Positions 55,122 through 64,000 of a stretch of DNA of 64,000 nucleotides are shown here, piece by piece. Both the position numbers and the translations under genes were made by a program. The DNA comes from Mytilus californianus (lineage: Eukaryota). A model generated the notes under the pieces. That model saw nothing but the letters and a program-made list of their open reading frames with translations, was not told the DNA's origin and searched no databases. Position 1 is the first letter of the stretch, and the number at the start of each line of letters is the position of its first letter. Location: positions 7,192,001-7,256,000 of the forward strand of contig NW_026262666.1 in NCBI RefSeq assembly GCF_021869535.1, in the 5' to 3' direction.

Positions 55122-55159
55122 TATTAAATTATAATCCTTGTACCTTTGATAACTAATTA

Positions 55160-56692
55160 TATAATGACTGTAGCAACAAACAAAAGAACTATGTCAATTG
55201 GACATGCTTTGATACTATATCTGCCCTTGAATTTTTACTTGATAACATTTTTGTTCGCTTTGGAGATTCCGTATATCGTCAAGTTATCGGAATTTCAATG
55301 GGGACTAACTGACAACCACTTATTGCGGACCTGTTTTTGTATTGTTATGAGTTACAATTTATGACTAAAATCAGCAAAGACCCATCGAAACAACATCTGA
55401 TACAAAAATTTAACAATACTTTTAGATATTTGGATGATATATTGGCTCTCAATAATGACGACTTCGGTATGTATACTAAAGAAATTTATCCTGTTGAACT
55501 TACTTTAAATAAAGCTAATACTAACAATGATCACTGTCCTTTCCTCGATATTGATATCTATATCATTAACGGGAAGCTTAATACAAAACATTATGATAAA
55601 AGGGATGATTTTTCATTTCCTATCGTTAATTATCCATTTTTAGATGGTGACGTTCCCTTGTCATTATCTTATGGTGTTTATATATCTCAACTTGTACGAT
55701 TCGCTCGTGTATGTAACAACGTATTAGATTTTAGCGAGAGAAATTTATGTATTACTGAAAAATTATTACACCAGTAAACAAGTCAAAACATTTACTAAAT
55801 TTTATCATCGGTATAAGGACATCATTCGTAAATACAACTCAACATGCAGACATCTTATACGTTCTGGCATTTCACATCCAATCTTTTATGGTTATATTCT
55901 TTACAAAGCACAAACATGTCAGTATTCACCTCAAAAGCTAACAAAACCTTTATACAGACTTATTAAGAAGGGATATAGTTACGATACTGTTGTCAGGTCA
56001 TTAAAGATTGCATATTTTGGCTTTAATATTGATTCACTTATAGGGTCTTTAAAAATTTATTCTAAAACCAGTTATTGGCATGACACGGGTTATGTTCTTC
56101 TCATATAGTTTATGATGGTATAATACTAAACCCCTAACAGGAGGGATTGTGCCTGATATTCATATGAGGAAGACATAATCTTTCAATCAGTTTAATTGAG
56201 GTCTGGAGCTGGCATGTCAGTAACTGCTAGTAGTCTGTTGTTATTTATGTATTATTGTCATTTTGTTTATTTTCTTTTGTTTCCTATTCTGACATCGGAC
56301 TCGGACTTCTCTTAAACTGAGTTTTACTGTGCGTACTGTTGTGCGTTTGTTTTTTCTACATTGACTAGAGGTATAGGGGGAGGGTTGGGATCTCCAAAAA
56401 CATGTTTAACCCCGCCGCATTTTTGCGCCTGTCCCAAGTCAGGAGCCTCTGGCCTTTGTTAGTCTTGTATCATTTTTAATTTTAGTTTCTTGTGTATAAT
56501 TTGGAGTTTAATATGACGTTCATTATCACTGAACTAGTATACATATTTGTTTAGGGGCCAGCTGAAGGACGCCTCCGGGTGCGGGAGTTTCTCGCTACAT
56601 TGAAGACCCATTGGTGGCCTTCGGCTGTTGTCTGCTCTATAGTCGGGTTGTTGTCTCTTTGACACATTCCCCATTTCCATTCTCAATTTTAT
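55160..56692 (+). mobile_element. 5'-truncated Penelope-like retroelement (RT at the C-terminus of the ORF, Naiad-like) with 3' UTR
   Basis: The frame from 55160 reads NWTCFDTISALEFLLDNIFVRFGDSVYRQVIGISMGTN*QPLIADLFLYCYE...FRYLDDIL...CPFLDIDI...YDKRDDFSFPIVNYPFLDGDVPLSLSYGVYISQLVRFARVC. After a frameshift near 55775 it continues to ...AYFGFNIDSLIGSL at ~56050 with no C-terminal GIY-YIG. The 3' end (ccattctcaattttat) is shared with four other copies in the window. Confidence 0.88.
56090..56178 (+). promoter_or_regulatory. SECIS element (form 2-like) in the PLE 3' UTR
   Basis: AUGA (56112-56115), 12 nt, AAA (56128-56130), then UGAU (56154-56157). Helix II GGUAUAAU/AUUGUGCC, apical mini-stem, and a 17-position helix I with one mismatch. 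Matches the ATGA-N11-12-AA-N18-27-GA pattern by manual folding. Confidence 0.75.
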
Positions 56693-58174
56693 GTATAGAG
56701 TATCATCGTACATCAATGCTTAAAACTGTCAAGTACTAAATATCGTGAAAGTAGCGGTAATCAGAATTAAAAACAAATATCTTATTGTAATACAACAATG
56801 TAAGAATAATCGTCGTTCCGTTTCTACAAATATAAACGGTTTAAAATATGTTAAAACGATATCACTTATTTCTCGTTTAAATAAAAGGCTTCCAATTGAA
56901 AGTTAAAAGTGTGTCCAGGATTTTCAGGTTTTCTTTACTTAACTTTGGTAATAAAGGAAAACTATAAAACAAAAATAAAAAAACTGCTAACGCGTAATTC
57001 TGCTTTGCTTAAATTGTTCCCCATATCTTTGTGAGGATATATTGATTTTCTCAAGTCCAGTTATTTTCAAAATTTTGGTTGGTATAAAGTATAAAAATGC
57101 AATTACATAAAATCAAGATTTGTGAAATGTTTGTAACTGATGAAACAAACATTGGATTATTTTTTTTTAAATCATTACTGAACGTCTGTAACAATAATTT
57201 CACCTGTACTTTCCTATTTTTGTTCTTCCAATTCCAACACGATTTCGATACATTACAAAATATACAGCAAGACATCAGAAGATGCTCTTACAAACAGAAA
57301 CCCGAACGTAACTTTAAAAAAACGGATGGATAAGCTACTGCTTTTGCATGCGATGTAAAGGTTATAATTGATATGTTTCTAGAGCATCACCATTCGTACA
57401 CTTCTGTATATGATCTGCATAACAAGATCCTGTTTTAGGTTTTTCTCTTTCGTATGGTTGTAGCCCCGGGAGAACAACCTATAAACTTTTATTAATTCAA
57501 TTGCTAGGCACGCGATGGAGTAAAAAAACACTAAATTTGAACTTGTACGTGGTCGACCAAATATTGCACTCAAAGAAACAAGAAATATATCGGTTCTGGA
57601 CTTCCGTTGATACACATTTCGAAGTAACGCGTTTACTATGGCATTACTAATATTGACGTTTGGTTTTGGTAGTACTTCAGTTTTTTTTTTTCGTTGTTTT
57701 CTTGTTATTATAGTTGATGTGTTTCCCTCGGTTTTAGTTTGTAACCCGGATTTGTTTTCTCTCAATCGATTTATGACTTTTGAACAGCGGTATACTAGTG
57801 TTGCCTTTATCTTTCCCTTCCACTGAAGCCAAATGTGCAATGAGATGTGAGGAATATCAAACTGTCTTAAAACAGGAAGTGTATTAACGGAAGATTTAAA
57901 GACTGCTCACCCGCAAGCAGAGAGAACATAAAATTATTACCTATTATAGCAGCCAAGAAAGCACTGACTTTGACTAATACGCGTCAGGACCACCAGCGTT
58001 GTTGCATGCAATCGATTTAAATTACTTGATAACTTGGACAAAGCTGATCATTCCCTGATGCAAAAAAGGTCTGTTGAAAACTTCCTTGCACAAAGAGCGT
58101 CGCAAAATTGCTAAATATCGACAAACAGCAAGTGGAAACATATTGTACATCGTATTTGTAAAAGAGGGACGAAA

Positions 58175-58525
58175 GATAAAAGAGGGACTGTCAAACTCAT
58201 AGATTGAAAATAAACTGACAACGCCATGCCTAAATATAAAAAAGACAAACATACACTTAATAGTACAGAAGACACAACATAGAAAACTCAAGACTAAGCA
58301 ACACGAACCCCACAAAAAAACTGGGGGTGATATCAGGTGCTCCGGAAGGGTAAGCCGATCCTGCTCCACATGTGGCACCCATCGTGTTGCTTATGTTATT
58401 TCACATCCGGTAAATAGTCTAATTCGATAGGTCACATTCGTGAAAAGGGAAGGGTATTGTAGTTACGACATAAGAAACATATCCGATATCATCTGTGAAC
58501 GGTCAACCAACTCGTGATGGCGTCC
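58175..58525 (+). mobile_element. Abundant interspersed repeat (ggtgctccggaagggtaagc...cctgctccacatgtggcaccc family)
   Basis: Further copies lie at ~53095-53280, with degenerate copies at ~52230-52510 and 51470-51530. Confidence 0.8.
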
Positions 58526-60074
58526 GTAAAATTTATGGAATTGTAAAAGTTGCTAGAACTTAACTGCATAAACATGCAGACTTTGTGTTAGATCATTTTC
58601 GTGGTAATTCAACCAACGAACTTCAATAATTCTTTATTATTTGAATGGTGTAAATTTGACTTTTTTATGCAAAGTGGGGAGATAAGTATCGTATTGATAT
58701 GTTTGGATGTGTGCTTTACGGCATATAACTTTACTTTAATTGTAGGCATGATATTTTAGATATTGCTAGATAAGCGTTTTGAATGTGTGTCACTTTTATA
58801 TTTTATCTGTTTTGTTATAAGTTTTTGATCAAACTAGACGCTATCTTGACACATCGACGATCAAGTTTTAACATTTAAAAAACTCTACAAAAATATAGCG
58901 GAGGACTGTAGGGCCGACGACATTACATTAAGGAGTAAACTACCACAAATCATGTGTTGAATTTCAATTAAGTATATACGATCCTCAGCGTAGTCCAGTT
59001 AAAGCTTTTTGAAAATGGATACTTACAGCTTCCCTGTGTAACATGTGTATTTGATTAAGATAAAAAAAAAATGGTAGGAAATATTTGTTATGTGTTTAGT
59101 TTTTTTTTATCGTTTGATTGTTGCATGGTGTATACTTTATGTCTTTTTTATTTTGATATATGTCTTTTAAAGACACCTTGTAAAAAATCTCGACCAACCC
59201 CCTCTGTAATACGTTCCTTCATATTGCATTACTTTTGAAATAGATATCGTCCTTAATTTGATTGCCCAATACAAGTTATACGAACACAATTCAATCAGTT
59301 TTACTATTTTAATACGTAAACGATCAATACTCAATTAGAAAATATACCAATATTATACGTGCTATTTCTGATTTTCTTTTGTGTGCCATTTTAACCAGTC
59401 ATAAGTTAAAAAGAAATCTATCTGTCATGAAATTAGTCAACAAAATGAGACAGATGAGGTATAAAAAGAAGACATTACAAACAATAATAGTATCATTCTC
59501 AGATAAAAGTTGATTTTTGATTGTTTTAGAAGTGATGATAATTACCATTTAGGTTGTTGGTCACAAACGTTAAATTTGGTATGCAAATGTTTTTGATCTG
59601 AGTCGTATCCTGACTTCACACTATTTAGTTTGTAAATAATGATGCCCTTCAGCTTGTGGTATGGGCTACCAAAAGAGTAATTACGGCTATTCAGCTAAAT
59701 TACTACTGGCCTTTATTTCTACTAGATTACACCGCTCGTGTGTATGATCACATTTGATCCCCGACACGAAAACGTACCAAGAGGAAATATAATTTTGTGA
59801 AAATTTGGTTGTCAATGTCAAATGCTTGTTAAAACGTTGTTGTTACATGTTCTCTATACATGTCTTGTTTGATGCATATGTGCTGTCCACCGGATTAATG
59901 CTTTCCTCGGAATTATTATGAATTGTCTTGTATTCAGTTTTATGATCCTCTTTCTATTAATAAGTACTACATATACCGTAAAACTATCCATGATTGCCTT
60001 GATATAAATTCCAGACAGCCAATTGTGTTCGTTTGATATGACCATTTATGCCGTAGATTGCATATATACTTGAC

Positions 60075-60080
60075 TTTATT
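60075..60080 (-). promoter_or_regulatory. Candidate polyadenylation signal (AATAAA) of the cGLR gene
   Basis: tttatt on the plus strand, about 60 nt downstream of the minus-strand stop codon. Confidence 0.5.
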
Positions 60081-60139
60081 AACAGTGTGGCATGGATAAG
60101 TCATATCAAAAAAACATTGTAAAATTCAACCGAAACAAA

Positions 60140-62146
60140 CTACTTATTTCTCGACGATTTGTCCTTAACTCGTTCTGCAACTGATAACCAAAACGAGGCT
60201 TCTTCCTCTTTTCCAATAATACGGTATGCTCGACTCAGATATAAACATGCTCTGTTTTTCATAGAACTAACACGTTCGATACAGAAATTGTTTTTAACAG
60301 TCCAATGTAAACTTCGTAAGCTATCTCGAAGTTGCGTGATGTCTTTTAAGTTAAAGAAACACAAAAACCGAAGATAATGCATGAATACAACGGACGAGCA
60401 ATGTATTTTTCTTACAGTTTTGGCCAAATGAATAAACGGATGTGTTTCATTTGCAGAGTATGGTTCTGACCTTAAAATAAACTTGCGCATAGTCCGCAAT
60501 CGTATGTCCCCTAGAACAGTATTTTTCTGCATTGATGTTTGTTGTTGCTTCGCTGAATAAAACTCTCTACACTCCTTTCCATTAAAGGTAAACAGTTTTT
60601 CTACAGTACATGTTAGTCTACTATAATCAAGAATAATCAATGCTTTATTGTATTGTTCAAAGAAAAAAAAGGACAATGCAATCCTTAGCCATCCTGATAA
60701 AGAGTCTTTGTACGTTGCGATAATTGCAGGACATAACCACTTCCGTCTCAAGGTATATGCATTCTTGTTTGTCTTCTGATGGCTTTCGTAAAATGTGTGG
60801 TCTACAATATCTTCGCTAAGGCAGATAATACGAAGCAAGTACATGTTTCGTGTCATGATAGGGACATTCGAATTACTAGCTTTATCGAAACAAAATTTAA
60901 AATTTTTATTTCCAGTAATTTGAGTAACATTTGGAAAAAACCCAAAAATTTCTAGTAGTGGCATTATAGCTATATTAAACTCATATCCACCTTTAGCGAC
61001 TTTAGCAGCTGTATAAAAGCAATGAAAGTCTTTTAGTGACTGACATTCTAACACACTGAACCATCCGATGTCATAAAATTTCTTTAAAATTGCAACTAAT
61101 GCTTCCCGTGGTTGCCCTTCAAACTTCCTGTCAATCATGTTGTGTTCAGGTATGAAATAATTAGGAATGTACTCGTGAATATTCCAATAAATCAATCGTT
61201 GAAGACATGACATGAAACATTCAATAAGATTTTGAGGACTCCATATAGAAAGAGGGAGTTCTTCGGATATCCAGAGTATAGTTGTTTTTAAAAAGTAAGA
61301 GCAGATTAACTTGTCAACCCGTTCTGCTTTCTTAACCACTTCTTTTACGAAAAGCTTAAGTAAAGCATAGCAAACAAATTGTGTATGATTCCAAGAACGT
61401 ATCAATAACTTTTCTGCTTGAGAGAATGAAATTCTCCATTCGAGAGGATTATCCTCAACTGAATCCGATTTGCTACCAATAGGAACAAGCAAAAAACCTT
61501 TTCGACGAATTTTTTCAATTAATTGTTCAGCTGGCCAATAAGATGATCTTGGTCTTGTAAAAAATGACTCTGCAATATTCCCCCAGTTGGCACATGGCAA
61601 AGCCAAAGCTAAGTCCATTGAATCTTTTAAATTCGTTAAACATGGTCCATTTATCTTTATTGACATTATTCTAAAATTCAAGTTTGCATTCATCGTTTTC
61701 CATAATTTTCCGGAGAGGAATGTTCCAAAGTCAGTTACTACAACACATTCCGACATTAAATATGCAAAAGAGCTCCTCTTTATCATATCATTATTCAAAA
61801 AAGAATGAGTATGATCTACATGTATCATCCCGAAGCCAGGCTGAGTAACACGTACGTCTAGATATAGAAAGGTTCTGTCCATGTGCTTATATTTTGCGTT
61901 AGTTCCCTTAAAATCGTTGTTTTCAATTGTTATCTTGTGAACAAGCATGATATCTAGGTCGCTTCCCGGAAAGTCTAAACCTTCAGCCTTACTGCCACTG
62001 CTGATATATTCCACTAAATGGCCGCCGGTGCAATTGAGAAAGTCATCATGAACATCAAAAAACTTTCTTCTGTAAACTACTATATTTTCTGATCCTACTA
62101 CACTTTCGCACAAATAATTATAAAGTCTTAGTGAAATGTCCTCCAT
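60140..62146 (-). CDS. cGAS-like receptor (cGLR) / Mab-21-family nucleotidyltransferase, 668 aa, single coding exon, with a helical C-terminal extension
   Basis: Uninterrupted 668-aa ORF. NTase motif SGSKAEGLDFPGSDLDIM (GS...DxD), probable third acidic residue in MDLALAL, and Mab-21 motifs WRISFSQAEKLL, YALLK, SYFLKTTILWISEE and IPNYFIPEHNM. A splice acceptor (ttcgttacag) ends 1 nt before the ATG. Confidence 0.92.
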   Translation of the reverse strand: MEDISLRLYNYLCESVVGSENIVVYRRKFFDVHDDFLNCTGGHLVEYISSGSKAEGLDFPGSDLDIMLVHKITIENNDFKGTNAKYKHMDRTFLYLDVRVTQPGFGMIHVDHTHSFLNNDMIKRSSFAYLMSECVVVTDFGTFLSGKLWKTMNANLNFRIMSIKINGPCLTNLKDSMDLALALPCANWGNIAESFFTRPRSSYWPAEQLIEKIRRKGFLLVPIGSKSDSVEDNPLEWRISFSQAEKLLIRSWNHTQFVCYALLKLFVKEVVKKAERVDKLICSYFLKTTILWISEELPLSIWSPQNLIECFMSCLQRLIYWNIHEYIPNYFIPEHNMIDRKFEGQPREALVAILKKFYDIGWFSVLECQSLKDFHCFYTAAKVAKGGYEFNIAIMPLLEIFGFFPNVTQITGNKNFKFCFDKASNSNVPIMTRNMYLLRIICLSEDIVDHTFYESHQKTNKNAYTLRRKWLCPAIIATYKDSLSGWLRIALSFFFFEQYNKALIILDYSRLTCTVEKLFTFNGKECREFYSAKQQQTSMQKNTVLGDIRLRTMRKFILRSEPYSANETHPFIHLAKTVRKIHCSSVVFMHYLRFLCFFNLKDITQLRDSLRSLHWTVKNNFCIERVSSMKNRACLYLSRAYRIIGKEEEASFWLSVAERVKDKSSRNK

Positions 62147-62279
62147 ACTGTAACGAACACTAGCTAGTCAAATAATTATCTGTTATCCTTAACAATCATC
62201 AGATTCATGTTAGAGCGATGCAAATATAACGTCATTTCAAGATTGGGACAAAACATTGAATAACAGCAACTGAATTGGA

Positions 62280-62900
62280 AAAACCGTGCAATATTTTTAG
62301 AATCTTTTCCGTAAATGGTCAATTATATTTGAGTAGTATAATGAATTTGGTGCAAAAACGTATTGGTTTTGTTTTAAAAAAGAATAAAGAAAATAATACA
62401 ATATTTTCCTGTTGTAGGAAAAACAAGGAAACCATTTTATTCAATTCTATTTGTTTGTCAGATACTACAATACATTATTTATCTGGAAACCCCGTGTGCA
62501 ACATTTTAGGAATACTATTCTTTTCCTTAAAACGTCATCTATATTTGAGAAGTACAATGAACATGATGAAAAATAGCATTCTCTTTGTTTTAAAACAGAA
62601 CAAGGAAAAAAATACAAAATTTTACTATTGTAGAAAACAAGGAAACCTGTTTTATGCAAATTCAATTTATTTGTCAATAAGTACAATATATACAATACTA
62701 ATTTAATTTGGAAAAGTCGTTAGCAATATTCTTAGATTATTTTCTTAGCCGTAAAACGTCATTTTTTGTGAGTGGTACGATTAGCATGATAAGAAAAATA
62801 GTATTCGTTTTGTTTTAACACATAATAAAGAGTATAATACACTATTTTCCTGTTATAAAGGACAAGAAAACCTTTTTGTGCAAATTCAATTTGTTCAAAA
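62280..62900. repeat. Degenerate ~230-bp tandem repeat, ~2.5 copies, between the FReD exon and cGLR
   Basis: ttttgttttaa...aatacaatattttcctgtt...acaaggaaacc recurs three times. Confidence 0.75.
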
Positions 62901-63468
62901 GACTACATCTTTATGAAAGACTATTTGTGCCTTTTTTAATACGGAATATTTCAACGTTAAAACTTTTTATTAAATCGTTTATGCAATATTTATTAAATCT
63001 CATAATTAATTAAAATTCGTTGAACCATTTTGATTTGCTTGATTTATGACTTTTGAACACCGGTATACTACTGTTGTCATAATTTGTACATAAAAAAGAA
63101 TCGTCTATACAATTTTAAAAATCTGTTGTACTACATATATTTTAAGATCTTTTTACTGTAAAAAAAAAGTTTGTATAGTTTAGAAGTTCGTTTGTATAAA
63201 ATAATAAGAAATAATGGACCAATAAGTTTTTCGAATCTTGAAAACATTCTTATAATTCATAAATTACTTGAACGATTTTTAAATCTTTGTTCATTTCAGG
63301 ATTCGCCCGGTAGATGTTTAAATTGTTTGACATCTTAAAAAATAAAAAAAACTGATATTTTTCATGATTTTAATTAAATTTGAAAATTAAGATGTTGTTT
63401 GAAATACTCTTTTTTAAAAATTCATGTGAGATTCACAATAATGTAATCAGTAGAACTGTCATGTGATG

Positions 63469-63707
63469 TCAGTAGTATATTTTTACCATCATCTTAGAAG
63501 CTTTCAGAGAATTGAATTCTTTAAATCCTCGCCACACAATACCTTTGGTGTCATTACCAATTCCATAGCGTCCGTTTAGATTTGAACTGTAACAGGCAGA
63601 GTACCACCAAGCACCTTGGGAAGCAAGAGCGCAATCACAGGACGCTTTATCGTTTTCTCTGTCTAAAGTAGAAAACGTCATCCCATTTTTATTATGTTAA
63701 CTGTCGT
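63469..63707 (-). pseudogene. Last exon of a fibrinogen-related domain (FReD/ficolin-like) gene with an in-frame TAA
   Basis: Translation NGMTFSTLDRENDKASCDCALASQGAWWYSACYSSNLNGRY...GIVWRGF...SLKASKMMVK is a typical FReD C-terminus. The acceptor ttattcaatttag ends at 63708. The exon opens AC GAC AGT TAA (stop at 63697-63699) where FReDs have GDSL. Confidence 0.8.
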
Positions 63708-64000
63708 CTAAATTGAATAATAATAACTTTTTTATTAAAGTGTCGGCAGTTTTACTACATATGTATTTATAATGTTAATGTGAGATTCTAAATGCACACT
63801 GGATGCAAAGTTCCCTTTTAGATATTAAGAAATCGATGAATAACACTTCAATCTCAACAAGTTCCAAGTAAAAGAAAATAAGAAAAGAGAAAATTTTATT
63901 AATTTTTTTGGAGCATGTCAATATTTGATTAAAATTTTAGGATTTAGAATTATAAACAATGTCGGTGAGAGCATAGTCTCCGTGTTGAAAGCCGTTTTGT

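Larger units (their letters stand above)
54272..55158 (+). mobile_element. Tandem array (~2.5 copies of a ~351-bp unit) carrying type I hammerhead ribozymes; retrozyme-like
   Basis: Units start at 54272, 54623 and 54975 (aggaatagattacc). Each unit contains a hammerhead motif, spaced 351-352 bp apart. Confidence 0.85.

Noticed and set aside
62275-62706. 143-aa plus-strand ORF
   Set aside because: It runs through a degenerate ~230-bp tandem repeat and has no domain signature.

Overview
AT-rich, repeat-dense eukaryotic genomic DNA. The interspersed repeat families look like those of a Mytilus-type bivalve, which is my inference from pattern recognition. The only long intact ORF is an intronless cGAS-like/Mab-21 nucleotidyltransferase (60140-62146, minus). 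It lies next to the last exon of a fibrinogen-related (FReD) gene that carries an in-frame stop. Short spliced exons suggest one or two small host genes on the plus strand (22.7-31.6 kb and about 40-41 kb). The rest is mobile or repetitive DNA: a decayed Penelope-like element (PLE) with circularly permuted terminal repeats (24.7-30.6 kb), a ~257-bp satellite enclosed by 27-bp TIRs with TA flanks (43.9-49.7 kb), an old segmental triplication (8.7-22.7 kb), several foldback/MITE elements, and two families of minimal hammerhead ribozyme repeats. The most striking locus is 54272-56692. There a tandem ~351-bp hammerhead 'retrozyme' array is fused directly to a 5'-truncated PLE reverse transcriptase. 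That RT has an in-frame TGA where related RTs have Cys and a canonical-looking SECIS just after the ORF. The whole composite appears to interrupt one unit of a local tandem repeat.
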